Positions 1-10,443 of a DNA stretch of 17,406 nucleotides are shown here, one piece after another. The stretch is from Fonticula alba ATCC 38817. Lineage: Eukaryota; Protista; Nucleariida. Numbering within the stretch: position 1 is the stretch's first letter; each line of letters starts with the position of its first letter. Under the pieces are notes generated by a model that did not search any database, was not told the DNA's origin, and saw nothing but the letters and a program-made list of their open reading frames with translations. The stretch lies in NCBI GenBank assembly GCA_000388065.2, contig KB932211.1; one strand, given 5' to 3'. Position numbers and translations under genes: made by a program.

Positions 1-1475
1 GCGCCCGCGCCGCCCAGAAGCACCACCCGCCGACGGGAGGGCCGCGCGCCCCCACCAACGGAGAAGGCCCAAGGGCCCGAAGGGGGGGGGGGCCAGGAGC
101 TGGCGTATCATCGGGCCACCGTCGCCCCCCGTTTCGGCACATCGCCGCTTCTCTTCCCCCAGGGGAAGGGGCCCAGGCAGACAGCAGGGGGGGCGGGAAG
201 CCGGCGAGACCAGCACAGCCGAAGGACCTGGCGGAGCGCGCCCCAGGGAGCCGTGGATGGCGGCCGCGTCCCATGCCGGCAGCCCAATTGCCATGCACAC
301 GTGCCCCGAGTGGCGAGTCCGCGTGCTTCTCTCACGTGTGTGTCTGAACGGCGTTCCCGGGTCTATCCTCGTTAGCCCGTTCCTTGCCGTTCAACCCGAC
401 CCCGCGGGGTGGGCGGCCGAGTGGCGGGACGACACTCCGCCATGTTGGACGGAGTGCCGCCTGCCTGCCGGGCCAAGCACGGGCGGACGCCCCGAGAGGG
501 CACGGTCCGACGGATCGCGCCAGCGCACACACACGGACCGGCGCACCACCCCGCGCACCCCACGCACAGCGGCTCCGGGTGCATGAATAAAAAATGACTG
601 GGCCCCGCCCGCCCCGCCCCTGCTAACAGGGACCCGCATGTGAGCCAGGGCGAGGAAACCGCGGACGCAGGGGGGGATCCCCCATGCATTTGGGCCTCCC
701 CGGCGCCCCTTCCGGTAACGGGACCCACCCCACACACGGGGGGGGGGGGGGGGGGGGAGGACCTCCCCCGGGGCCGGGCGCGGCGGCCGGGGCAAAAAGC
801 ACCCCGCCCGGGATTCGCCATGGTCAGAGGCCCCCCCGCCTCCGGGGTGGCGGCAACGGGGCCGCCGCGCCCGCTCCGTGCGATCGGCGGTCTCCCCCGC
901 ACCCACCGGGGGCAGGGGGACCACCGAGGCCCGGGGCGAGAGTGCCCCGGCTGAGCGAGGAGACCGCCGGCCGAAAATAGCCCGCGGTCATATGGGGCGT
1001 CCCAGCCGTCCGCTCAGGTCACGGCGGCCTGCGGGGCCGCCAGAGGCGCAGGGGGGGGGGTGAGCAAAAAGTGGGACGCGTAGGCCTTCCCGGGCTCGCG
1101 CGGGCAGGACACGCCGGCTGGTTGCCCTGGCAGGGGGGCGGGGGGGGGGGCCGGCCGCCGCAGACAATAATAATACCCGCGATCGGGCTGGGCCTCTGTC
1201 CCCACCTGGCCCGGGGGTGTCTGCGCGCCAGGGGAAAGTAGGAATAATATATTATCCGATTTACATGTACACATACATGCGCGTCGTGTCCCAAGCCGCA
1301 CGGACCGGCAGCGGGACACCCTCCGGGCCCTCGCCTCCCCACCCGGCGAGAGTTGCTCATCTGGTTCGCCCATGCGGCGCGAGCATCCCCCCCCCCTCCC
1401 CCGGACGACGGCGTCTCCCCGCCCTGGCCGGAGTGCGGAGTCAAGTGCCAGGCGAACCGCGCCCCCCCCCCCGAC

Positions 1476-1508
<33 letters not shown>

Positions 1509-1729
1509 CCCCGGGCCTGGCGCCCCTGCGGCCGGCCCCCAACCTCCTCCCGCCGCCTGCCGTGCACGCCTTTTCACATGCCCGGCCCACGAGCGTGCCC
1601 CCCGGCGGCCCGCGCCCGGCCGGCCGCAGGGGCGAAGGGGGGGGGGGGCCCCCCGGCCCCCGGGGGGGGGCGAAACCCCCCCCCCCCCCCGGCCAGGCGA
1701 GGGCCGCAGTGTGTCGGGCCCCGCACCGC

Positions 1730-1739
1730 NNNNNNNNNN
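1730..1739. other. Assembly gap (10 N)
   Basis: N run followed by a poly-C tract. Confidence 1.
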
Positions 1740-2050
1740 CCCCCCCCCCCCCCAAGCAGCATGGGGGCGGGGGGCACCCCATCACTTGTGCCCAGCCACC
1801 ACGCCCCTCGCCCATCTCCCTCACACCTCACACAAAGACAGCCCCACAGCACCGGCCCCTCGTGGCGGCGTGCATGTCGCGGCATCCCCCCCCCCCCCAT
1901 TCAAGAGCATGCCCCCGGTTGCCGCCGCCGCCCACGGACCGCCGCCATCCCACAACACCCTCCCCCCTCCCTCCCCCCTCCCGTGCCTTGTTCCACACCC
2001 CCTCCCTTCCCCCCCCCTCCCCTCCTGCGCTCTCGCCGGTACCAGCAGCC

Positions 2051-2685
2051 ATGGTTGTCCCCCAGCGTTTCCTCACCTTCAACAGCATGTTCGACCTTGC
2101 CCTCGCCGGGTCGATCCTCCACCCGCAGACCTCCGAGCAGCTGCGGCCCCTCCTCGAGCAGTACCTCTTCCCCACCGCCTCCGAGGCGCTGCGTGCGTTG
2201 GCCCCCCCCCCCCCCCCCCCCCCGCCGGCTTTCTGTTCCCCTCCCTTGCCCCGCTGTTCGATGCACGAAGCCCTCCTCTCACACGTCGCCCGCTCCTCTC
2301 CCCATCCCCCTCCCCGCGACCCTCTCTCGCGCCGGCCGCAGTCACCCCCTCCTTCTACCAGTCGCTGGCTCTCTTCATCGGCGCCCTCGGCGTCACTCGC
2401 CTGCTCTTCGCCCTGCTCTTCAAGATCTCCCAGGGCACCGGCTTCCTCTTTGACCTGTGCCGCCGCCTCTCCTTCGCCACCTACCTCGTGGAGGCCCTCG
2501 GCTTCTATGCCCTCAACCGCATGGGCATCATGGCCGACTACCCGACCTTCGGCGTGATTGGCTTCTGCCGTGCGTGTGCCGATCCGCGTCCTTCTCTCCC
2601 TCCCCTGCGCCATGCGGCTGTCCTCGTCCGGTCATTGCCCCCGGCGAGACCCATCCCTCCTTGGCCCGTGACTGACACCACTCCT

Positions 2686-2725
<40 letters not shown>

Positions 2726-2963
2726 GTCGATGTCCACCACGCGACAAAAACACGACACACACACACACACGACACACACGCCACCCTCACCCCCCTCCCA
2801 CACAGTCCTTGCCTCCATCCTCGTTCGCAACATCGAGCGCGTCTTCCCCGACCGCCCGCACGTCGTCCCGGCCCACGCTCTGGAGCTCCTGCGCAAGCGC
2901 AAGGAGGCCTGCCTTGCCGCCTCGACCGCCGCCGCCGCCGCCGCTGCCCCCAACTCCTCTTAG
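2051..2963 (+). CDS. Spliced gene for a ~175-aa multi-pass membrane protein of unknown function (weakly Erg28-like). Exons 2051-2192, 2342-2569, 2806-2963
   Basis: ATG at 2051. GTGCGT donors at 2193 and 2570, CAG acceptors ending 2341 and 2805, both introns phase 1 and frame-compatible. TAG at 2961-2963. Spliced product MVVPQRFLTFNSMFDLALAGSIL...SLALFIGALGVTRLLFALLF...LSFATYLVEALGFYAL...FGVIGFCLLASILVRN...PNSS has about four hydrophobic segments and C/G-ending codons. The gene model is well supported; the function is not. Confidence 0.75.
2689..2722 (+). repeat. (CT)17 microsatellite in intron 2 of the membrane-protein gene, followed by an imperfect (CA)n tract at about 2749-2780
   Basis: Directly visible dinucleotide runs. 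Confidence 0.95.
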
Positions 2964-3201
2964 ATGGGGTGTGCGCGTGAGAATGCGCCGCCCAGAGCAG
3001 CATATGCATGTGTGGTGTGTGTGCGCGGGGGCGCGAGAGAGCGAGAAAGGGGCGGCGTGACATACATCGCTCGGGGGCTCCCCCCCCCCTCCCCCCTCCC
3101 CCCTCCCTCCCTCCCCCTCCACCCTCAGACATGGCAGCCAATCCCCCCCCCCCCCTTCTTCCTCTCTTCCTCACATTTTTGCACACGCCCATGCGAAAGA
3201 T

Positions 3202-3207
3202 AATAAA
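3202..3207 (+). promoter_or_regulatory. Possible polyadenylation signal (AATAAA) for the 2051-2963 gene
   Basis: AATAAA within an A-rich patch about 240 nt after the stop codon, in otherwise GC-rich DNA. Whether this organism uses AATAAA is unknown. Confidence 0.3.
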
Positions 3208-4380
3208 AACAATCCGCCATACCCTCGGTGTAGAAGTCCTGCGAAGAGGGGGGTGGCTCACTGGTGCAGCGCATGCACATGTGTGTCCTTCGTGTGGATG
3301 CACATGCTCGCGCGCGCGCGCGCGTGCCCGGCCGTCCCCTGCGCGCGGCTCCCCTCCCCCCTCTTCCCCGGGGCGACGACGCCTTTGTGCGCGCGACCGC
3401 CCCGCCGGCGAGAGGGGGCCAAACATGCGGGCGCGGCTGTGTGCCCGCGCACCCGCGGCGTCGGGCTATTTTTCTTTTGTTGTCATCTCCGCGCCCGGCA
3501 TCCGCGTGTGGCACGGCCTTTGGGCACCTGATTTCGGCGCCGGTGCCGGCGCCATCCAGAAGTGGAGACGGGCCAGACTGCCGGTGGCGCATTACCAGCC
3601 GCATCTCCCCCGGCCGGGAGGGCCCCGGGCGCGGCAGGGCCACGCGCTCCGGGCGAGGTCACGCCGCCCTGTCTTCGGCGGCAGCCCCGTCACGCGCGCC
3701 CCGGGGTTTAGCATACGGCATGGGCGCCCTAGGCCTTTAGCTTCAGACAGATGCCCACGAATAAGACCGCCCGGGGTGGTGCGTGCGTGCGCGCGTCCGT
3801 ACGCGCGCGCGCGTGTGCGGGACCGCAAGTCGGAATATAATGCGGCACTGTCGCCGGGCGCGGTGATGGCACGCGCCCGCGCGCGCGCCCACGCAGCCGG
3901 GTCAACACCCCCCTCCCCCGTTGCCCCCCCACCCCCCCCCCCCCCCCGGCCCCGGGCCGCCATGTGCGGGCCGGGCTCTCCGGCGCGCCCTTCCAGCACG
4001 GCGCCGGAGGCCGCGCTCCATGCAGATAAAACCAGAACCGCGCGCGGCATCCCGGAGCCAGGGGGGGGGGGCGCAGTGGTGGAGGCGGGGCGAGGGGGGG
4101 TGAACAAGCGAGGGCGACCCCCCTCCTGCTCCGGTGCACGCACGCGCGCCGCGTCCGCGCGTGAGAGCCCGCACGGGCGCGAGCGGCCACACAAAAGGGG
4201 CGCGACGGCCGCCCGGCGGCGGCGGCAGAGACGCGGTCTGGCCGCGGCGGCCCGGCCGCCCCCCCTGGTCCCCGGGCACCCGGAGGCGGGTCACCTGCCA
4301 CCGGTTACATTGGCATCAACGTATTTCGCGCCACCCCCTCCCGACAGAGCCCCGGCCGACCGCCCCGCGCCCGCACCCCC

Positions 4381-4413
4381 CACACACGCACGCACGCACG
4401 CACGCACACACCC
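4381..4413 (+). repeat. (GCAC)n/(CA)n simple repeat abutting the large assembly gap
   Basis: cacacacgcacgcacgcacgcacgcacacaccc is visible immediately before the Ns. Confidence 0.9.
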
Positions 4414-5408
4414 NNNNNNNNNNNNNNNNNNNNNNNNNNNNNNNNNNNNNNNNNNNNNNNNNNNNNNNNNNNNNNNNNNNNNNNNNNNNNNNNNNNNNNN
4501 NNNNNNNNNNNNNNNNNNNNNNNNNNNNNNNNNNNNNNNNNNNNNNNNNNNNNNNNNNNNNNNNNNNNNNNNNNNNNNNNNNNNNNNNNNNNNNNNNNNN
4601 NNNNNNNNNNNNNNNNNNNNNNNNNNNNNNNNNNNNNNNNNNNNNNNNNNNNNNNNNNNNNNNNNNNNNNNNNNNNNNNNNNNNNNNNNNNNNNNNNNNN
4701 NNNNNNNNNNNNNNNNNNNNNNNNNNNNNNNNNNNNNNNNNNNNNNNNNNNNNNNNNNNNNNNNNNNNNNNNNNNNNNNNNNNNNNNNNNNNNNNNNNNN
4801 NNNNNNNNNNNNNNNNNNNNNNNNNNNNNNNNNNNNNNNNNNNNNNNNNNNNNNNNNNNNNNNNNNNNNNNNNNNNNNNNNNNNNNNNNNNNNNNNNNNN
4901 NNNNNNNNNNNNNNNNNNNNNNNNNNNNNNNNNNNNNNNNNNNNNNNNNNNNNNNNNNNNNNNNNNNNNNNNNNNNNNNNNNNNNNNNNNNNNNNNNNNN
5001 NNNNNNNNNNNNNNNNNNNNNNNNNNNNNNNNNNNNNNNNNNNNNNNNNNNNNNNNNNNNNNNNNNNNNNNNNNNNNNNNNNNNNNNNNNNNNNNNNNNN
5101 NNNNNNNNNNNNNNNNNNNNNNNNNNNNNNNNNNNNNNNNNNNNNNNNNNNNNNNNNNNNNNNNNNNNNNNNNNNNNNNNNNNNNNNNNNNNNNNNNNNN
5201 NNNNNNNNNNNNNNNNNNNNNNNNNNNNNNNNNNNNNNNNNNNNNNNNNNNNNNNNNNNNNNNNNNNNNNNNNNNNNNNNNNNNNNNNNNNNNNNNNNNN
5301 NNNNNNNNNNNNNNNNNNNNNNNNNNNNNNNNNNNNNNNNNNNNNNNNNNNNNNNNNNNNNNNNNNNNNNNNNNNNNNNNNNNNNNNNNNNNNNNNNNNN
5401 NNNNNNNN
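4414..5408. other. Assembly gap (995 N), probably hiding the first exon(s) of OLA1
   Basis: N run. The first visible OLA1 exon starts in mid-codon at the P-loop. Confidence 0.95.
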
Positions 5409-5498
5409 CCCCCCCCTTGCTCCTGCTTTGTCTTCCGCCGCGCTCGTATGCTGATTCTTTCCTCCCCCCCCTCCCCTGTCCCCTCCCGCGGCTTGCAG

Positions 5499-6966
5499 TA
5501 AGTCCACCTTCTTCAATGCCCTCACTCAGTCCGCCGTGCCGGCCGAGAACTTCCCCTTCTGCACCATCGACCCGAGCGAGGCCCACGTCTACGTGCCCGA
5601 TGAGCGCTTCGACTGGCTGTGCGAGGTGGCCAAGCCCAGCAAGGTCTCCCCGGCCCATCTGACCGTCATGGATATCGCCGGTCTGGTGAAGGGCGCCGCC
5701 GAGGGCCAGGGTCTCGGCAACGCTTTCCTGTCGCACATCCGCGCCGTCGATGCCATCTTCCACATGGTCCGTGCCTTCGACTCCGATGACATCACCCACG
5801 TCGAGGGCGACATCGACCCCGTGCGTGACATGAGCATCATCCACAACGAGCTCCGCCTCAAGGATGAGGAGTTCCTCGAGCGCAAGAAGAACGAGCTCGA
5901 CAAGAAGGGTGCCGGCCGTGGTGCCAACCGTGACCTCAAGGAGGAATACGTACGTCCGTTTATTTCTGTTTATTTCTGTCTATCTTTGTTTATCTTTGTT
6001 TATTCTTGTTTGTGTGTTTGTGTCTCTCTGTGTCTCTCTGTGTCTCTCTGTGTCTCCTTCTTCGCCCCTCCACTCCCTTCGCCCACCTGCCACGTCCCTC
6101 CTTTCACAGCGTCTGACCAGGCTCCCCCCACACCCATACACCCACAGGACATGGTCGTCAAGATCTACGAGCACGTCGCTTCCGGCAAGGAGGTCCGCTT
6201 CGGCGACTGGAGCGGCAAGGAGGTGGACTACCTGAACACCCTGCAGCTGCTGACCGCCAAGCCGGTGGTCTACCTGTGCAACGTCAACCAGGCCGATTAC
6301 ATCCGCAAGAAGAACAAGTACCTGATGAAGATCAAGCAGTGGGTCGACGAGCGCGAGGCCGAGAGCCCCATCAAGCCGGCCATCATCCCCATCTGCGTGG
6401 ACATGGAGATGGCCGCCACCGCCCTCGGCTCCCCCGAGGAGAAGGAGGAGTTCTTCAAGTCCCGCGGCACCACCTCCATCATGCCCCGCATCATCACCAC
6501 CGGCTACAAGGCCCTCAACCTCATCTACTACTTCACCCAGGGTGATGTCGAGGTTCGCGCCTGGACCATCCGCGTACGTGTGCCGGCGGCGGCCCCCTCT
6601 CATCTCCGCCCGCCCGCCCGCCCCCCCTCCTCCTCCTTTTGTGCCATGCAATCGCGTCCTTCCGCCATAGTTCGCCCTTCTCACAGGCCTTTCTTTTTCC
6701 CCCGTCTCCCTCCCGCTGTGGACTTCTCCCGCCCCCTTTTGTAGAAGGGCACCAAGGCCCCCCAGGCCGCCGGTGTCATCCACTCCGATCTGGAGCGCGG
6801 CTTCATCATGGCCGAGGTCATGTCCTTCGCCGACCTGAAGGAGGAGGGCTCCGAGGCTGCCTGCAAGGCCGCCGGCAAGTACAAGAGCAAGGGCAAGGAC
6901 TATGTTGTGGAGGATGGCGATGTCATCTTCTTCAAGTTCAACGTCACTGCCCAGAAGAAGAAGTAA
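5499..6966 (+). CDS. OLA1: Obg-like ATPase 1 (OLA1/YchF), 5'-partial. Visible exons 5499-5949, 6148-6573, 6745-6966
   Basis: Spliced translation (G)[25 protein letters not shown]...[23 protein letters not shown]...[12 protein letters not shown]...[12 protein letters not shown]...[40 protein letters not shown]...[17 protein letters not shown] contains the hallmark YchF/OLA1 G1-G3 motifs and C-terminal TGS domain. GTACGT donors at 5950 and 6574, acceptors ending 5498, 6147 and 6744, TAA at 6964-6966. The N-terminal ~35 aa (by comparison with recalled OLA1 proteins) is missing. Confidence 0.97.
6021..6056 (+). repeat. 10-bp tandem repeat (TGTCTCTCTG) x ~3.6 in an OLA1 intron
   Basis: Directly visible. 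Confidence 0.85.
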
Positions 6967-7846
6967 GCGCGCCGCGCTCCCTTCCCCTCCCCTCCCCCGC
7001 TCCGGCGAGAGGGCCAGAGGGGCTCCTCATCAGCGGACGCGCGGGGCGCGGAGAAAAGAAGAAAGAAACGAAGAGGCCAAGAACCCCCCCCCTGTCCTGG
7101 GCCCTTCTTCCTTTCCCGTCCACCGTCTGCTGCTGCCCGTCTTTTGCCCCCCGTGGCCGGCTCGACTGTGGCATGCACATTCAGCCCAGCTGGGCGGGTC
7201 TCTCTCTCTCTCTCTCTCTCCCCCCCCCTCTCTCTCTCCGCCGCTATATCATTCACCTCTCCCCACCAAATACACCCACCAAAATATGATCTCGTCCCCT
7301 TCCCTCTCTCTCCCCCCTCGCGTCTTCGCCCATGCGGGCGGCCGGGGACATATTCGCCCCCGCCTCGTCCTCCCCTCACGGACGCCGAGAGAGCCCGTCT
7401 CCCACGCTGCCACCGGAAGAGAAATGTGCGCCTCGGCGGGCTCCGGGGTGAGCCCGGCAGGGTGTGGCGGCAGGCGGCCTCCATGAAACTGGCCTGCCAG
7501 GCGGCGGGGGCACTCACTCTGCGCGGGATAAGGGCATCCCCCCCTCCTCCTGTGGGGCGCCCGATGAAGCCACTTCCGGGGTGTGGGGGCGCCGAAGAAG
7601 AAGGCCTGGCGGGGGGTGCCCCCTCCGGCGCCTCCTGGTCCCCTCGCGGCTCGTCCCTCTCCAGACGCACATTCGCCTCCTGTACCTCTCTCTCTCTCTC
7701 TCTCCCCCCCCGGACTCGGCTCTTGCCCCTCTCGCCCTCTCGCTTGAGCAATCTCCGGGTCGCTCCCTCGCCGGCGGAAACGGGCAGCGCGCCTCAAAAA
7801 GCAGTCTTCATTTATGGGCGAAGTGTGGGTCAGGTGCCAGTGAGCA

Positions 7847-7928
7847 ACCGGTGTGTCCGAGTGGTTAAGGAGTCTGACTCGAAATCAGATGGGCTCTGCC
7901 CGCACAGGTTCAAATCCTGTCGCCGGTG
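7847..7928 (+). tRNA. tRNA-Ser, anticodon CGA (7880-7882), intronless, long variable arm
   Basis: 82-nt cloverleaf: acceptor stem ACCGGTG/CGCCGGT, D arm TCCGAGTGGTTAAGGAG, anticodon arm TCTGA-CTCGAAA-TCAGA, variable arm GGGC-TCT-GCCC, T arm ACAGG-TTCAAAT-CCTGT, discriminator G73. Confidence 0.96.
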
Positions 7929-7933
7929 CATTC

Positions 7934-7938
7934 TTTTT
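7934..7938 (+). terminator. RNA polymerase III terminator (T5) for tRNA-Ser
   Basis: TTCTTTTT begins 2 nt after the tRNA 3' end. Confidence 0.75.
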
Positions 7939-8705
7939 GCCGCCGGCCGCCCTGGGCGCCGATCACGCCCCTCGCCGCCAACATCAGGCCGGGACCACGT
8001 GCAGGCCTCCCACGATGCCCGGCCGCGCCAAGTGGCCCTGCCCCGGCACCATCCCCCCGGTGCAGAGGCGGCGCGTGCACGCGCGTGCAGAGACGCCCTG
8101 GGAGCCGGCAGCGGCCCTCGGGCCCACGCTTGCGCCCGACGGGGCCGGGGGGGGGGGTCCCAGCCGGGGAGGGGGGGGGGATGCCCTGTGCCGCCTTCAC
8201 GGATGGGGATTGCCACGGCGGGACCCGCGGCGTGGGTAGCTGGCGCGGAGACGCCCGCGGGCGCGCGGGGGCACGGGGCGCACGCACAACGCGGTGCGCC
8301 GCCTGGTGCCCCGTCGCCCGGCCCTCTTTCGCGCGCCTGGGCTCCGCGCCTGGGTGGCCCCTCTGGGCCGGCCGCCCTCAGGCCGCGCGCGCGGCATCTG
8401 AAGTGCGTGGGTATCGCCAGGCCGCCGAGCCCGGCTCCTGGCAGAAGTCCCCTCCCTCTGTCTCTCGCCCCCTCCCCCTGCCACCATCCCCTCGCGCGTT
8501 CCATCCCCCGCCGCCCCCTCTTGCCGCCCTCCCCGCGCCTGGCTCCATTTTTCGCCCTCCCCCCTCTCCTCGCCGTCCCCTCGCCACCCCTCCCCGGGGA
8601 CTCGCGCTGCCGCCGCGCCTCGCCCCTTCCCCTCCCACCGCTGCGTCCCGCTGGATCGCGAAGCCCCGGAGGCCCCCCACCCCCACCCCCGTGTAAAACG
8701 CCATC

Positions 8706-10385
8706 ATGTCGATGCAAAGCTTTACCATCAATGACGTGAAGGTCTACCACGTCACCTCGGGCAAGTCCATCCCCGAGTGGATTGCCATCCAGAAGCAGCG
8801 CTCGCTGCGCAATGACCAGGGTGCGTGCCCTCCCTGCTCCTCCCTGCCCCTCCACTGCCTCGCCGCCCTCGCCCGCTGACGACCCTCCGCCGCCGCGCAG
8901 ACTTCCGGAACCGCGTGGACCTGCTGCAGGATTTCGAGTTCCCCACCTCGGCGGCTCGGCTGAAGTACACCCCGGACGGATCGCACCTGTTCGCCATCGG
9001 CGTGTACAAGCCGCGCCTGCGCTCGTACGACCTCGGCCAGCTGAGTATGCGCTTTGAGCGGCACATGGACTGCGAGGCCACCCAGTTCCAGGTGTGTGGC
9101 CTTTCTTCTTGCCGTGCCTCCCCTCCTTCTGTCTTTGTTCTCGGCTCCCCTGGCCGATCCACCTGGCTGATCTCCCTCCTCTCGCTCCTCCCTGCCCAAC
9201 TCCGGGGCGCAGTTCCTGTCCGACGATTGGACCAAGCTGGCCATCATGCAGGCCGACCGGACCATCGAGCTCCACTCGCAGGGCGGTCTGTACTACCGCA
9301 CCCGCGTGCCGCGGGTCCGTTTCCCCTCCCCCCGATCCTGTCCATTCCTCCCGCTTGCCCTTGCCGCCCTTGCCGCCCTTGCCGCCCTTGCCGCTCAACT
9401 GGCCCGCTGACGCCCCGGCCGCCACCTGCAGTTTGCCCGCGACATGACCTACCACCGCGGCACGTGCGATCTGCTGATTGTCGGTGACAGCAGCGATGTC
9501 TGGCGCCTGAACCTCGATCAGGGGCGCTTCCTCAAGTCCTTCGAGACCAGCTGCAAGGCCATCAACGTGCGCTTGCGCCTCCGCCCTGCCGATGCTCATC
9601 CCCCCCCCCCCCCCCCTTTGGTGGTTTGTATTGACATGTGTATCCTTGCGCCTCCCCCGCTCGGTGTGCGTCTCCGGTGCCTCCTCCTCCTCCTCTTGCC
9701 CGTCACCCAGGTCTCCAAGCTCAACCCCGTGCACAACCTTGCCGCCTTCGGCTCGGAGGATGGCACCGTGGAGTTTTGGGACTCGCGCCAGCGCGAGGCC
9801 GTCGGGTCGCTGGCCGTGGCCGGCGATGTTCTCCGGCGCTTCCCCGATGTGGAGGCCCTGCCCGAGATCACGGCCCTGCGCTTTGGCAATGACGGTCTCA
9901 CCTATGCGGTGGGCACCTCCTCCGGGCATGCGCTGCTCTACGATCTGCGCATGAGCTCGCCCTCCATGGCGCGCGACCACCAGTATGGCTTCCCGGTGAC
10001 CGACATCAAGTTCCATGCCAGCGGCAACATCGTCTCCTCCGACAAGAAGTCCATCCGTGTGTGGAACAAGGACACCGTGCGTGTGCCGTGGCGATTGTTC
10101 TTCCTTTCCTTCCTCCGACCCAGCCGCCGGCCTCTGTGCTCCCTCTCTAACCTGCGCCGCCATCCGCTTGGACTTGGTCTTCTTGCATGTGTCTCCCCCC
10201 CCCTCCCCTTCATCCACTCCCCACCCGTTCCCGCGAAAAATATCATCACCATCATCATTATTATCATCACCACCACCACCACCATCATCATTATTATCAT
10301 CACCACCACCACCATCATCACCACCACCATCACCACCATCACCAACAACAACAACAACAACAACAACAACACCATCACCACCACC

Positions 10386-10443
<58 letters not shown>

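Noticed and set aside
1-2050. Many overlapping 60-560-aa ORFs
   Set aside because: Poly-P and poly-G translations from homopolymer tracts, with no consistent splice structure or family motif. An AATAAA at 586-591 could belong to an upstream gene but cannot be tied to one.
3309-3326. Alternating (CG)n and purine-pyrimidine tracts with Z-DNA potential (also about 3779-3818)
   Set aside because: Real but common throughout this GC-rich, CpG-rich sequence, with nothing linking them to a specific function.
3751-3784. ATG CCC ACG AAT AAG ACC GCC CGG GGT G followed by GTGCGT, as a possible first exon of OLA1
   Set aside because: MPTNKTARG does not match the usual MPPKK start, the donor-like hexamer is part of a (GTGC)n repeat, and it lies 1.7 kb upstream across a gap. 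Only RNA-seq could rescue it.
3853-3880. GCCGGGCGCGGTG resembling the 7SL/Alu 5' end
   Set aside because: No downstream SRP helix 6 or helix 8 motif at the expected spacing; a chance match in GC-rich DNA.
3008-5844. Long ORFs (884, 455, 517, 406 aa) spanning the 995-N gap
   Set aside because: Length comes from Ns and GC-rich stop-poor sequence; translations are low-complexity P/R/A/G.
7766-7800. CG-GAAA-CG hairpin with GGCAG, resembling SRP RNA helix 8
   Set aside because: The CAGG/AGCA symmetric loop and flanking stem do not form, and no Alu domain is evident.
7880-7882. Possible codon-reassigning tRNA (as in CUG-Ser yeasts)
   Set aside because: The anticodon is CGA, which reads the standard Ser codon UCG. 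All gene models translate with the standard code.
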